From NCBI GenBank assembly GCA_919902665.1, contig CAKKRK010000001.1, positions 11,277-75,276 of the forward strand: a DNA stretch of 64,000 bases, written 5' to 3'. Position 1 is the first letter of the stretch. Each line of letters starts with the position of its first letter. The translations under genes were made by a program, and so were the position numbers. The DNA is from Nitrospiraceae bacterium (GTDB lineage Bacteria; Nitrospirota; Nitrospiria; Nitrospirales; Nitrospiraceae). Shown one piece after another: positions 50,558 through 61,611 of this stretch. Under the pieces are notes generated by a model. That model made no database searches, was not told the origin of the DNA, and saw nothing but the letters and a program-made list of their open reading frames with translations.

Positions 50558-50789
50558 CGTGACATCTCCTTATTTGCCGGATCTTACCGGCTCATTGGTG
50601 AATGAAAAAGATATCGGTGAAGGCCCAACATCCCCCACCAACCCTGCACCAGGTGCAGGCACCTCTGAGGCCAACCAGGCTCATCCCGGCCCATCCCTCC
50701 TTTCCTCTGCTCAATGCCAGGGCGTCTTATTTCTGTTGTGCATGCGAGACACCGTTGAACCAAGCGTCCATGGTTTACGGATGCTCCTC

Positions 50790-51233
50790 TTATCGGTGTT
50801 TCCTCCCACCCGATCTCTCCTCTTGCTCCGTTTCATATTCCGACTGTGCCAGCTCTTGCCCGATACCCCAGTTGTCGGGTTCGCTACTCGCGTCATCAGT
50901 CGTGTCTCCAGGAGCCACGACTGGCTCCGTCGCTCCCTCTTGCGTCCGCTCAGGCATGAATGACGAACTATTCTGTGGCACGGAGTGCGACGCGGACGGC
51001 CCGCTCAGGCTTGTGCGTGATTCCAAGCTTGCTGCAGGGTCGGCTGGCATCGGCCCACAGGCGGATAATCCGATGAGGAGCACAAGACTCAGCAACCATA
51101 CCTGCTGACACGGTCGCCATACACGCAGTCTCTCAGACCGTTCAAGTGACGGGCATGAGACAGAAGCAAGTTCCCACCCTTCCGGCTTAGGACACTCCCC
51201 AACTCCATATCTGTGTAGATGCCACAAGCGCAT
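50790..51233 (-). CDS. Hypothetical protein, possible lipoprotein with low-complexity acidic tail
   Basis: Hydrophobic stretch ending LSAC, then a Ser/Pro/Glu-rich region. Start uncertain. Confidence 0.4.
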   Translation of the reverse strand: MRLWHLHRYGVGECPKPEGWELASVSCPSLERSERLRVWRPCQQVWLLSLVLLIGLSACGPMPADPAASLESRTSLSGPSASHSVPQNSSSFMPERTQEGATEPVVAPGDTTDDASSEPDNWGIGQELAQSEYETEQEERSGGRKHR

Positions 51234-52074
51234 CGTCTTAGATTCCTCGACCGTACCGCGCTGACCTGTGGCCCCCTGCTGGGCATGCTGACGGCAGCGA
51301 GAACGCTGCCCGAGAGACAGACGGCCTTGCCCCAAGCTCACCGACACGCCACCGCGAACAGTGTTGGGAAACTGATCACTGACTCGCTTACGAATGCCGT
51401 ACAGCATTGGTTGCACTCCCGAAGACCTGCCGCCCCGTGATCCGTACCCAAGCAACAATTTTCAGACTCCCATCAACTGCACTGAGATCCGACATCAGTC
51501 GCCCCCACAGCCATCTCTTGTGCAAGCCTGTCTGGATCTAAAGCAAACGAGATACCAGCAGATGGCAAGACCATCCATTACTCAGAACAATGGTTACTAT
51601 ATACGTAATAGCAACAGGTTAGAGTTTCTTGAGACAGAGCGGCACAGATACAAGTAGATACACTAATCCAAGATAAGTGTATCTAATTCGATTCATGGTA
51701 TGTATCCAATTGGATTCATCCAGTAGGGTCGTCCTAGATCGACCAACACATCGTAAAACCCATGTGCTCCTCCCTCCAATCCAAAGTCGCAAGGGGCGAT
51801 GGCCGAGCATGGGTTTGATTTATCTTTCCTTTCGACTCATCGTTGATGATGCAGCACGTGGATCTGTCGTGACCTGACGTCCCTCTGAATTCTGTGGGCG
51901 TCGAACAGAATCCACCCACGGAATTGGGGAAGGTCACAGCGTCTATTTACGAACATACTGGCTCGACGGAACCTTCAGTGGGCTTGTAGCGTGCCCTAAA
52001 GCTTGATGAGTCGGACTGTTATGGACGCAAGGCTGAGCCTACACCGACGTACCGACAGCAGTGAGGAGAAGAAA

Positions 52075-52152
52075 TGGGGTGGATGACGGGTTTCGAACCC
52101 GCGACCTCCGGATCCACAATCCGGCGCTCTAACCAACTGAGCTACACCCACC
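52075..52152 (-). tRNA. tRNA-His (GTG)
   Basis: GGTGGGTGTAGCTCAGTTGGTTAGAGCGCCGGATTGTGGATCCGGAGGTCGCGGGTTCGAAACCCGTCATCCACCCCA: cloverleaf, GTG anticodon, G-1:C73 pair, encoded CCA. Confidence 0.97.
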
Positions 52153-52320
52153 ATGAAGGGAACTGCGCAGAATGCAACCGATGCGGCAACGGGTGATCTT
52201 AGCAAAGACGCTGGAGCGGCCGCAACCTACTGAGGCACGTCACCAACCCTCAAGAGTCATGCATCAATTGGTGATTGGATCTCCCTGGCTTCTTCACTGT
52301 CGACAATTGACCGATGATGC

Positions 52321-53034
52321 CTACCCTCGTGCATCAAAGGCCGCCTGCATCTCTGCGGTGATGGCCGCCACAGTTCCTGCCGGGTCTTCCGCGTCGCGAA
52401 TAGGCCGACCGATCACAAGATAATCTGCGCCGGACGCGATCGTCTGCGTGGGCGTGGTGGCCCGTGCATGGTCGTCGACTCCCTTGCCGGCCGGCCGGAC
52501 TCCCGGCGTGACAACCACAAAGTCTGGCCCGACTTTCTGTCGGATAGCCGCTGCTTCTTCACCGGAGGCCACCACCCCGTCGCAGCCGACTTCTGAAGCG
52601 AGTGCTGCCCTGGCTATGACCAGATCTTGGACCGTCCGCTGTATCCCCATTTCACGGAGATCCTGACTGTCGAAATTCGTCAACACAGTCACGGCGAGCA
52701 GCTTCAGTGCCGAGCCCTCCCGCCCTTGCACGGCCGCCATGAGCGCCTTGCGGTTTGCGTGGATGGTTAAAAACTCCACTCCCATGTCCGCAACCCGACT
52801 TGTCGCGCGGCGAACGGTCTCTTCGATGTCGAGAAATTTGAGGTCGAGAAACACCCGCATGCCCCGCTCCACAATCCGCTTCACCATCTCGGGGCCTGCT
52901 GCGGTGTAGAGCTCAAGGCCGACCTTGACGAACGAAATATGCCCCTGGAGCCGGTCTAAGAGCCGGTCTGCTTCCGCCGCTGAGGGCACATCCAATGCAA
53001 AGATAAGTCGGTCACGTGCAGCAGTCTTCACCAT
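52321..53034 (-). CDS. pyrF: Orotidine-5'-phosphate decarboxylase
   Basis: LIFALDV, VKVG, FLDLKFLDIEETV, LLAVTVLT, VTPGVRP, LVIGRPI. Confidence 0.96.
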   Translation of the reverse strand: MVKTAARDRLIFALDVPSAAEADRLLDRLQGHISFVKVGLELYTAAGPEMVKRIVERGMRVFLDLKFLDIEETVRRATSRVADMGVEFLTIHANRKALMAAVQGREGSALKLLAVTVLTNFDSQDLREMGIQRTVQDLVIARAALASEVGCDGVVASGEEAAAIRQKVGPDFVVVTPGVRPAGKGVDDHARATTPTQTIASGADYLVIGRPIRDAEDPAGTVAAITAEMQAAFDARG

Positions 53035-53117
53035 ACTCGTACTCCTTCTTGAGTGCCGATCCTTGACGACCGGCGAGATATTATGATACTAGTCATTTTT
53101 TTTCATAGGAGTGATCG

Positions 53118-53390
53118 ATGCCTCAGATTCATAAATCGACGATTCGACGTGCACGTCAAGCTGAGCGACGACATGATCGGAACCGGGCCACGATGAACGC
53201 GGTGAAGACGATCATCAAGAAGGTTCAGTCTGCCGTAGCCGGGAAAAAGGCTGACGAGGCCAAAACCACCTTGCTGGAAGCCACCTCGGCGATCGGGAAA
53301 GCCGTTTCGAAAGGTGCGCTTCATCCCAATACCGCATCTCGCCGAATTTCTCGCCTGGCGTTGCACGTCAACGGGCTGTCCGGCTCTTAA
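53118..53390 (+). CDS. rpsT: 30S ribosomal protein S20
   Basis: KSTIRRARQAERRHDRN, KGALHPNTASRRISRL. Confidence 0.95.
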   Translation: MPQIHKSTIRRARQAERRHDRNRATMNAVKTIIKKVQSAVAGKKADEAKTTLLEATSAIGKAVSKGALHPNTASRRISRLALHVNGLSGS

Positions 53391-54474
53391 TCGTCCGGAC
53401 GTTCGACAGCACCCGTCCAGGAACCCGCTTCGGTGACGCCGGAGGACGATTCGGCTGTTCACCGTGCGTACTTGCGGTACCTTCGCACAGCTTCAACAGC
53501 AGACGCTCCAGCACCATTCGTGGCCGACTGCCGCTGCCCCCTTTCAGCCTCCCATCGGTTTCCAGAAAGAGACCGAGCGCGGCTTGAAGATGTCGCTCGG
53601 AAAACCGATCGAGAAAGGAGCGGACCTTCAACGGGTCCATGCGCAAGCTCCTCGCTGCCTCATTTTCACGTCCGCCATTGGCCAGCAGCTCTTTGATCTT
53701 CCAGAGACGGCGATACTGCCATGCAAGCGAGCCAAGGATCCGAAGCGGGGCTTCTCCTGCTTCTAGATTCCGCGCCACAATGGAAAGCGCCTGTCCACGG
53801 TGACCCTCCGCGATAGCCAACGTCAAGTCGAACACAGAGGCCCCCGGCTCCATCCCACGCAACAGATGCACATCGGCGGCGGTCACCGCCTGATTGGCCG
53901 GCACATAGGAAGCCAGCTTCTCCAGTTCTCTCCGTAAGCCATAGAGCGATGCGCCACAAGCCTCCTGCAGTACGTAGGCCGCTGCTTCCTCTAAGCGAAG
54001 CCCGACCCGTTCCGCTTCACGGGCAATCCAAGAAGGCAGCTGCGCCTCACGGAGGGGCGAGCAATCGACCATACATGCCGCGCGCGCCAGGGCTTGTGAA
54101 AATTTCAACCGACCATCCAGCTTCGGGCTCACGAACACCAGCGTCGTGGAGTCCACCGGATGGTTCACACTGTCGAGCAGCGGCTCGCTTTCTCGAGCAG
54201 TCAGTTTTTCCGCTGCCTTCACCACAACGACGCGACGCTCCGCGAAGACCGGCACAACCGCCACACTGTTCCGAATATCGGTTCCACTCGCGTCATCTCC
54301 ATAAAACTGTTCGTAATTGAATTCATCTCCTTCGCTGCCAAGAGCCGCGCGCTTGATGGCAGCGAGCGCAGAATCCCGCAGAAGGTCTTCTTCCCCCACA
54401 ATGAGGTACAGAGACCCGGGCGCCTGCTGTTTCAGCGCCGCCTCTAGTTGCACAGGGCTCACGGTGGATGCCAT
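53368..54474 (-). CDS. holA: DNA polymerase III subunit delta
   Basis: YLIVGEEDLL, FNYEQFYG, PVFAERRVVVVK, ELEKLASY, VFDLTLAI; follows leuS-lptE. Confidence 0.9.
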   Translation of the reverse strand: MASTVSPVQLEAALKQQAPGSLYLIVGEEDLLRDSALAAIKRAALGSEGDEFNYEQFYGDDASGTDIRNSVAVVPVFAERRVVVVKAAEKLTARESEPLLDSVNHPVDSTTLVFVSPKLDGRLKFSQALARAACMVDCSPLREAQLPSWIAREAERVGLRLEEAAAYVLQEACGASLYGLRRELEKLASYVPANQAVTAADVHLLRGMEPGASVFDLTLAIAEGHRGQALSIVARNLEAGEAPLRILGSLAWQYRRLWKIKELLANGGRENEAARSLRMDPLKVRSFLDRFSERHLQAALGLFLETDGRLKGGSGSRPRMVLERLLLKLCEGTASTHGEQPNRPPASPKRVPGRVLSNVRTIKSRTAR

Positions 54475-54492
54475 TGGTCCAGATCCTCGATC

Positions 54493-55119
54493 TTAGTGAG
54501 ACACAGGAGCCGGCGCAGACGCTTGCTTCATGAGCGCCCCGGTCTCGAGCTGCAACAAGAAACGTGCCGCCAGATCAGCCGCCGCAAAACGGCTTGCCTG
54601 TTCAATCGCTCGATTCTGCAGCGAGCGATTGAACTGGAGATCCTGTGTCACGAAGAACTCCGACGCCCCTTTGACGACTTGGCTCCAGACCACTTTTTTT
54701 GACCGGGCGTCTTCAACCCGAGCCAAGACAACCACCTCGGTTCTGCTTTCCAACGTTGCCGTCGACGAAAAACTGAGCGTCGGCACGATCACCGACAGGA
54801 TTTGCCCGGTCAACACAAGATCCGCCGCTTCAGAATCAGACACGACCTGCGCCCCACTCCCAGCAGAAAATTCTTCGCGGAGATAGTTCGTGTATCGCGT
54901 TTCCACATTCGGCTCAAAACTGCTGTTGATCAATGTCCGGATGATGAGGCGCGGCGGAGGCTCTTTGGAAGCGGTCGCAGAAGCTCCTCCGATAGTTGGG
55001 CCAGCTCCCTCCACTCGAAACTGGTACCCACAGGCGGTCAACAGAGTCATCACCGTGAGGCACCCGATGGCCGAGAGCGGTGTACGGAGTCCGGCGTGTC
55101 GAGCGCGCGAACCACGCAT
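54493..55119 (-). CDS. lptE: LPS assembly lipoprotein LptE
   Basis: Lipobox LTACGYQF; ADLVLTG; position between leuS and holA. Confidence 0.82.
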   Translation of the reverse strand: MRGSRARHAGLRTPLSAIGCLTVMTLLTACGYQFRVEGAGPTIGGASATASKEPPPRLIIRTLINSSFEPNVETRYTNYLREEFSAGSGAQVVSDSEAADLVLTGQILSVIVPTLSFSSTATLESRTEVVVLARVEDARSKKVVWSQVVKGASEFFVTQDLQFNRSLQNRAIEQASRFAAADLAARFLLQLETGALMKQASAPAPVSH

Positions 55120-55123
55120 GTCC

Positions 55124-57559
55124 TCACACCACGAAGTTAAGCAACTTCTTTTCGACGTAGATCACCTTTTTTGATTCTTTACCTTGGATCCACTCCGCCG
55201 CCTCTGCGCGAGCCAGTCGTTCGATCTCATCCCGCGACGTGTCTACGGGAATATCGATCTTGGCCCGAAGCCGACCATTGACCTGAACCGGGATGATCAT
55301 GCGCTCGCTCAGCGTCATCGCTGGATCGAAGGTCGGCCAAGGCTGTTGTGATACACTGGGTTGGCGTCCCAGCAGGTCCCAGAGTTCCTCGGCAACATGC
55401 GGCGCGAACGGCGAGAGCAGCAAGACGAACGGCTCGATCACCGATCGAGACCGTTGCTGCACCTTCGTCATCTCATTCGTGAAAATCATCATCTGTGAGA
55501 TCGCCGTGTTGAACCGGAGGGCCTCGATGTCCTCAGTCACCTTCTTGATGGTTTGATGAAGCAATCGTTGATGATCGAGACTCGGTGTGGTTGAGACGAC
55601 GGCGTTTGAGAGCCGGCCTTGTTCATCGACCATCAGCCGCCAGACTCGTTCCAAGAAACGGGTCACGCCTTCCACACCTCTAGTACTCCAGGGTTTCATC
55701 GCTTCGAGCGGTCCCATGAACATCTCATAGAGGCGTACGGCATCTGCGCCGAACTGATCGATCATGTCGTCCGGGTTCACCACGTTTCCCCGCGACTTCG
55801 ACATCTTCTGATTGTCTTCTCCCAAGACGATGCCCTGATGTACTAATTTCCTGAATGGCTCAGAAGTGCTCACGACGCCGATATCGAACAGAACTTTATG
55901 CCAGAACCGAGCATACAGAAGATGCAGGACGGCATGTTCGCTGCCCCCGATGTACAGATCTACGGGCATCCAATAGCGCTCTTTTTCAGGGTCAACGAGC
56001 TGTGTTGCGTTCTTAGGATCGATGAATCGCAGATAGTACCAGCAAGATCCAGCCCACTGCGGCATGGTGTTGGTCTCGCGCCGAGCCGGTTTGTTGGTCG
56101 TGGGATCGGTGGTGATAAGCCACTGGTCCAAGTTCGCCAATGGACTCTCTCCTGTGCCGGACGGTTTAAAGTTGTTGGATTCCGGCAACACGAGGGGAAG
56201 TTGCTCTTCCGGAAGCGGACGCGCTTCTCCGTCCACCCACACAATTGGAAACGGCTCTCCCCAATAGCGCTGGCGGGCAAAGAGCCAGTCCCGGAGTTTG
56301 TAGTTGACCGCTCGCGTGCCCTGCCCTTGCTTCACCAACCAATCGGTGATCTTCGGAATCGCCTCGGAAGACGTGAGACCGTTGAGTGAGAACGTGCCAT
56401 CGCCCGTGGACGAATTCACGACCTTCCCGCGATCCGTATCAGTGAAGGCCGCTTCCTGAACATTCCCGCCTGAAATAACCTCACGAATCGACAACGCGTA
56501 TTGTTGCGCGAACGCCCAGTCTCGCTCGTCATGCGCCGGCACCGCCATGATGGCGCCTGTTCCATAACTCATCAGTACATAGTCTGCGATCCAAATCGGC
56601 AACCGTTCCTGATTCACTGGATTGATCGCATAGCCGCCGGTGAAGACACCGGTCTTTTCTTTTTCGAGCTCTTGTCTTTGCAGATCACTCTTTTTCGCCG
56701 CCGCCTTCCGATAGGCCGCAACCGGCTCTTTCTGTTCCACGCTCGTGATCACATCCACCAGCGGATGTTCAGGCGCCAGAACCATATAGGTCGCGCCGAA
56801 CAGCGTGTCCGGTCTGGTCGTGAACACTCGAATCGCGCCGTTCTGATCTGCCAGGACAAAATCGACCTCCGCGCCGATCGAACGGCCAATCCAATTCTTT
56901 TGCATCTCCAACGTACTGGGAGGCCAGTCGACCAGTGTCAAGTCCTCAAGCAACCGATCAGCATAGGCCGTGATCTTGAGCACCCATTGACGCATCGGCT
57001 TGCGAATCACATCGAAGCCACCCACTTCACTCTTGCCATCGACGATCTCTTCATTCGCCAGCACCGTACCGAGCGCCGGACACCAATTCACAGGGACTTC
57101 CGCTACGTAGGCTAATCCTCGTTCGAAGAGCTTTAGGAAAATCCATTGCGTCCACCGATAGTACTGCGGGTCAGTGGTGCTGAGTTCTCGCTCCCAGTCA
57201 TACGAGAGCCCCACACGCTTCATCTGGCGCTTAAAGGTGGCGATGTTTTGGGCCGTGGTGATCGCGGGATGAATCCCTGTTTTCACCGCGTACTGTTCAG
57301 CTGGCAGACCAAACGCATCCCAGCCCATCGGATGCAGGACGTTGAACCCACGCATCCGTTTATATCGAGAGACGATATCGGTCGCCGTGTACCCTTCCAA
57401 ATGCCCGACATGGAGCCCGGACCCGGACGGGTAGGGAAACATATCCAGGCAATAGAACTTTGGCCTCGAGAGGTCATCGGAGGCTTTAAATGGGCGGTGC
57501 TGTTCCCAATAAGCCTGCCACTTCGCTTCGATGGCGTGATGGTCGTAGGTCTTACTCAT
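55124..57559 (-). CDS. leuS: Leucine--tRNA ligase
   Basis: [47 protein letters not shown]. Confidence 0.98.
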   Translation of the reverse strand: MSKTYDHHAIEAKWQAYWEQHRPFKASDDLSRPKFYCLDMFPYPSGSGLHVGHLEGYTATDIVSRYKRMRGFNVLHPMGWDAFGLPAEQYAVKTGIHPAITTAQNIATFKRQMKRVGLSYDWERELSTTDPQYYRWTQWIFLKLFERGLAYVAEVPVNWCPALGTVLANEEIVDGKSEVGGFDVIRKPMRQWVLKITAYADRLLEDLTLVDWPPSTLEMQKNWIGRSIGAEVDFVLADQNGAIRVFTTRPDTLFGATYMVLAPEHPLVDVITSVEQKEPVAAYRKAAAKKSDLQRQELEKEKTGVFTGGYAINPVNQERLPIWIADYVLMSYGTGAIMAVPAHDERDWAFAQQYALSIREVISGGNVQEAAFTDTDRGKVVNSSTGDGTFSLNGLTSSEAIPKITDWLVKQGQGTRAVNYKLRDWLFARQRYWGEPFPIVWVDGEARPLPEEQLPLVLPESNNFKPSGTGESPLANLDQWLITTDPTTNKPARRETNTMPQWAGSCWYYLRFIDPKNATQLVDPEKERYWMPVDLYIGGSEHAVLHLLYARFWHKVLFDIGVVSTSEPFRKLVHQGIVLGEDNQKMSKSRGNVVNPDDMIDQFGADAVRLYEMFMGPLEAMKPWSTRGVEGVTRFLERVWRLMVDEQGRLSNAVVSTTPSLDHQRLLHQTIKKVTEDIEALRFNTAISQMMIFTNEMTKVQQRSRSVIEPFVLLLSPFAPHVAEELWDLLGRQPSVSQQPWPTFDPAMTLSERMIIPVQVNGRLRAKIDIPVDTSRDEIERLARAEAAEWIQGKESKKVIYVEKKLLNFVV

Positions 57560-57725
57560 GATCCAGAGGATATGTATGATCGACGGGCTTACAGACCCGC
57601 ACAAGGACAGAGGACTGTATCATAGACCGTATGGAGCAACAAGAATGCGGAATGAGGAAAGACGTCCGGTAAGAAACCGGCCGGCTGACCAGAGTCGTGG
57701 TCAGCCACCGGATATTCGAGCAGGT

Positions 57726-58451
57726 CTAGAAGTGATACCCAACCCCGAAGACAAAGTGGTGGAGTTGAGAGAGAGCATTGATGCCAAAGTGATTCACATT
57801 GGCTTGCCCGGCCAGATCAATGCGACCGTAGTTGTATTTCCATTCGCCGAACATCGAGACATGTCCCGTCAGCCGATAGCGAAGACCGACTTGGGTATTG
57901 AGGCCGTATCCCGTGTTCGATTGCGAGTAGTTCGACGGACTGCCCGAGGCGGTGAGCTGCTCCTGATGGAGAAAGAACACCCCCGGACCGACTCCAGCAT
58001 AGGGCTCGAACGCTCCGGCTTGGTACCGCACCATGATGAGGGGCGACACGACCACGATTCGATTGGTCGCTCCCGGCTCGTCCTGCTGAATCGTGCCGAT
58101 TCCAGGGGCGTTCAGAGTCAAGCGCTGGGCGGGCCGATGGGGAGTCGTGACGAAAGCCTCAAGTTCCACGCCCAACCACGGTATCGAGTTGAAGTAATGT
58201 CCGACCTTGGCACCATACATAATCGAGCTATTCAACTGGACGTTCGAAATGGAGGTACCCTCGGGAAGGCCGACGAAACTTGGATCGTTCACCCGCCCAC
58301 GTACAGTATCTGGGGCGAGGGTCGCCCCGACCATGCCAGCGACATAGGTCTCGGCGAAAGCCGGAAGCGCCGAGACGAGGCCTAAGGCAATCGCCATACC
58401 GAGAACCCTGCTTTTAGACCGTCGCAGTTCATTTCCGATGTTAATATTCAT
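57726..58451 (-). CDS. Outer-membrane beta-barrel protein (OmpW/Ail-like)
   Basis: Signal peptide (ALPAFAE), alternating beta-strands, PYAGVG, C-terminal FGVGYHF. Confidence 0.85.
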   Translation of the reverse strand: MNINIGNELRRSKSRVLGMAIALGLVSALPAFAETYVAGMVGATLAPDTVRGRVNDPSFVGLPEGTSISNVQLNSSIMYGAKVGHYFNSIPWLGVELEAFVTTPHRPAQRLTLNAPGIGTIQQDEPGATNRIVVVSPLIMVRYQAGAFEPYAGVGPGVFFLHQEQLTASGSPSNYSQSNTGYGLNTQVGLRYRLTGHVSMFGEWKYNYGRIDLAGQANVNHFGINALSQLHHFVFGVGYHF

Positions 58452-58558
58452 CGAGATATCTCCTTGGATGGCCGAACGCATTACTGCTTGCAGACTACGG
58501 CCTCGGCAGGCATGCTGGCTATTCTGCGAAAGTCGAGGGGGTTACCCCGAAGGAGTAG

Positions 58559-59179
58559 ATGGGACTGTACGCGACTCAGATCTTTCCGCGACTGATGGAT
58601 TGGGTGATGGCTCGACCGGCATTCTCGCAACTGCGCGAAGCGTTGTTGCAGCTGGCTTCCGGAGAAGTCCTGGAGATCGGGTTTGGCACGGGCCTCAATC
58701 TCCGCCATTACCCGACTACGATCACTCGCCTTTCCATCGTTGATCCGGCGACTCTGCTCCCAGCGAAGGTCTCTCGCCGCATGGCTGCCGCACCGTATCC
58801 GATCCAAACCACCCATGTCACAGCTGAGAACCTTCCGTTTCCGGACCAACAATTCGAAACCGTCGTCAGCACCTGGACGCTCTGCACGATTCCCGACCCC
58901 GTGCAAGCGTTACAGGAAGTAGCGCGGGTGCTCAAGCCGGAAGGACATTTTCTATTCCTGGAACATGGGCGCAGCGAGGACCAGAAGATCGCCGCATGGC
59001 AGGACCGGTTGAATCCGATTCAAAATGTAATGGGTTGTGGATGTCACCTGAACCGGCAGATTGATCGACTGATTACCCAGTCCGGCCTATCAATCGCTCA
59101 CCTTGATCGATTCAGCATGCAGGGTGTGCCCAGATTGGCTGGTGAGATGTACCGAGGCACGGCAACCAGACAGCATTAG
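58559..59179 (+). CDS. Class I SAM-dependent methyltransferase
   Basis: VLEIGFGTG.N, AENLPF, TLCTIPD, LKPEG. Confidence 0.9.
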   Translation: MGLYATQIFPRLMDWVMARPAFSQLREALLQLASGEVLEIGFGTGLNLRHYPTTITRLSIVDPATLLPAKVSRRMAAAPYPIQTTHVTAENLPFPDQQFETVVSTWTLCTIPDPVQALQEVARVLKPEGHFLFLEHGRSEDQKIAAWQDRLNPIQNVMGCGCHLNRQIDRLITQSGLSIAHLDRFSMQGVPRLAGEMYRGTATRQH

Positions 59180-59874
59180 GCTGGTGACCGGCCATTGAGC
59201 AGCGGTGCAAATCCGGCAATGGAGAGAAACTGGGGAAGTGGAGACGGCGGTAATTGCGAACTCGACTTGGCGCTGTGTACCAGGTGGGCCACCCCAAATG
59301 CTTTCGCGGCCATCAGACAACCTTCATCGTCATCCATGAACAGGGATCTCGACGGATCGAACCCCAACAAGCGCTGACAGTTCGGCCAATACTCTGGCCG
59401 CATCTTGAGATAGCCGACCTCAAACGCGTCTACAATCCGGTTGACGTACCGATCCAGCCCAGTCTTGGAGACTTTGACCGATACACCGGTAGAATGGGCG
59501 TTTGTCACGATGGTCACAGGCTTCCCGAGTTGCCGAAGATGGCGTAAAAATTCCTCGGCACCAGGCAGAAAACCGATCATGTGATCGAGTTCCTTGTGCA
59601 TCGCCACCACGTCGAGGCCGACCCGCTTCGTCCAGTAATCGAGGTCCGTCCACGCCAGTTCGCCTTCGACTGACCGGTACATCGCCATTAAACGATCACG
59701 AGCCTCCTCAAACGGGATGGCGTGGAGCGTGGCGTACCGACGCGGCAGCTCCTCCTCGAAAAAGAAGTTATCGAAATGGCGGTCGAGCAACGTGCCGTCC
59801 ATATCGAGCAGCACGTCGTCGATCTGCGTCCAGTCAGGGAAGTGCTGAGGACTGAGAACTGAGGATTGCTTCAT
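59176..59874 (-). CDS. HAD-superfamily hydrolase (YrfG-like GMP/IMP nucleotidase)
   Basis: LLDMDGTLLD, VTNAH, LKMRP, FMDDD. Confidence 0.88.
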   Translation of the reverse strand: MKQSSVLSPQHFPDWTQIDDVLLDMDGTLLDRHFDNFFFEEELPRRYATLHAIPFEEARDRLMAMYRSVEGELAWTDLDYWTKRVGLDVVAMHKELDHMIGFLPGAEEFLRHLRQLGKPVTIVTNAHSTGVSVKVSKTGLDRYVNRIVDAFEVGYLKMRPEYWPNCQRLLGFDPSRSLFMDDDEGCLMAAKAFGVAHLVHSAKSSSQLPPSPLPQFLSIAGFAPLLNGRSPA

Positions 59875-59955
59875 GGGCAAAAGTATATCGGAGGTCGAAC
59901 GAGAAGGCGAGACGGTTGTCTTTGAGAAAAACCTTGTGTTACGGTCCAAGACCTC

Positions 59956-61338
59956 ATGCCGCGCAAAAAATCCGCTCCTACGCAAGAACCGACGCTGCCG
60001 TTGCCCCCAACAGAAGGGGGACCACCGCCGCTTGTGGCCATCATCGGCCGGCCGAACGTGGGAAAGTCGACGCTGTTCAACAAGATCTTAGGCGCAAAGA
60101 TCGCTATTGTGGACGACATCCCCGGCGTGACCCGCGACCGGAACTATGCGGATGCCACCTACCGTAATCGAAAGTTTCGGTTGGTCGACACGGGAGGGCT
60201 TGATCTCTCTTCATCAGATAGCATGTTGACCCTGATTCGACGGCAGTCGGAACTGGCGATCACCGAAGCGGATATCCTCATCGTTCTGTTGGACGGTCGA
60301 TCGGGATTGACCCCGCCGGATCATGAAGTGGTGCGGCTACTACGCGGAGTGACCAAACCCCTGTTCTATGTGATCAACAAGATCGACACCCCGAAATCAG
60401 AGCCCCTCCTCGCCGACTTCTACAAATTGGGTGCCGACGAGCTCTATCCCATCTCCGCCGAACATGGCCTGGGAGTCGCTGAATTACTGGATGACATCTA
60501 TCCGCTCCTTCCATCGGTTGACGAAGCAGGCGAGCTGCAACCACCGCCTCGCGTGGCCGTGGTGGGACGCCCGAACGTTGGCAAGTCCACCCTCGTGAAT
60601 GCGTTGCTGGGAGAAGAACGGGTCGTCGTCAGCAATGTGCCAGGAACGACGCGCGATCCCATCGACTCGTTGGTCACACACCAGGATCAACGCTACGTGT
60701 TCACTGACACGGCAGGCATCAGGCGACGCGGCAAGATCGACCGTGGAGTGGAAGGCTACAGCGTCCTCCGATCACTCCGTGCCATCGGTCGGTCCGACAT
60801 CGGGGTCCTTCTCCTGGATGGAGTGGAAGGAGTCACGGAACAAGACACCAAGATCGCTGGGTCCATTCTCAAGCAAGGACGCGCCTGCATTCTCCTGATC
60901 AACAAATGGGACTTGCGAGACGGAGATGCTCAGGCCCGGCAAGAATATGAGCTAGAACTCCGCCGACGGCTTTCCTTTCTGACCTGGGCTCCGATCCTGT
61001 ATGGATCAGCGCTCAAGCCGGACTCCGTCCACCGTCTTTTCCCGCTCCTCAAGGACGTGCACGCTATGTTCACCAAGCGTGTCCCCACTGGCGCGTTGAA
61101 TACCTGGCTGCAGAAAATTCTCGACACCCATCCGTTGCCGGCCCGCAAGCACAAGCCGTCGGCTGTGACGAAGTCCGCCTATATCACGCAGGTGGCCACC
61201 AAACCGCCGGTCTTTGCCTTGTTTGTTGGGCATCCGGAAGACCTCACGCCTTCGTACTTGAAGTATTTGGAAAATCAACTGCGCGAAACCTACCACTTCA
61301 CCGGCACCCCGCTCCGCCTCATGGTCAGGAAGAAGTAA
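59956..61338 (+). CDS. der: Ribosome biogenesis GTPase Der
   Basis: Two GRPNVGKS G-domains, GVTRD, DTGG/DTAG, NKID/NKWD, KH-like C-terminus. Confidence 0.97.
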   Translation: MPRKKSAPTQEPTLPLPPTEGGPPPLVAIIGRPNVGKSTLFNKILGAKIAIVDDIPGVTRDRNYADATYRNRKFRLVDTGGLDLSSSDSMLTLIRRQSELAITEADILIVLLDGRSGLTPPDHEVVRLLRGVTKPLFYVINKIDTPKSEPLLADFYKLGADELYPISAEHGLGVAELLDDIYPLLPSVDEAGELQPPPRVAVVGRPNVGKSTLVNALLGEERVVVSNVPGTTRDPIDSLVTHQDQRYVFTDTAGIRRRGKIDRGVEGYSVLRSLRAIGRSDIGVLLLDGVEGVTEQDTKIAGSILKQGRACILLINKWDLRDGDAQARQEYELELRRRLSFLTWAPILYGSALKPDSVHRLFPLLKDVHAMFTKRVPTGALNTWLQKILDTHPLPARKHKPSAVTKSAYITQVATKPPVFALFVGHPEDLTPSYLKYLENQLRETYHFTGTPLRLMVRKK

Positions 61339-61611
61339 GCATACCCTTCTTCAAAAATCCCTGTCCTGCCCTCTCCCACTCACACACGATGTGTCCGTGC
61401 AAAGACCAAGTATTTTTCATGTCGTAGGCATTGACCGTACCACCCTCACTCCCTTACGTATCCATCATGGGACACAGGACCCTCAGGGTATGGGTAGGAG
61501 CCACGAGCGTACTCGGGGCTGTTCAGGCACACCCTCTTTCGGGTTGACTCTAATTCTGAGCTCATGTTATTCCGCATAGACGATTGACGGACTGGGATTG
61601 ATTGCGGCACC

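Larger units (their letters stand above)
48488..50712. repeat. Tandem direct duplication, two ~1.1 kb units (about 48488-49585 and 49586-50712)
   Basis: Each unit has the same order of parts: PilZ-gene 3' segment, hairpin, secreted protein gene, conserved upstream region. Confidence 0.85.

Noticed and set aside
51734-51960. Short ORFs and an imperfect inverted repeat (AATTCTGTGG..CCACGGAATT) near tRNA-His as integrase or att remnants
   Set aside because: No tyrosine or serine recombinase motif in translation and no duplicated tRNA 3' segment.
53368-53390. 3' overlap of rpsT and holA
   Set aside because: A short convergent overlap caused by a variable HolA tail, which is commonplace.
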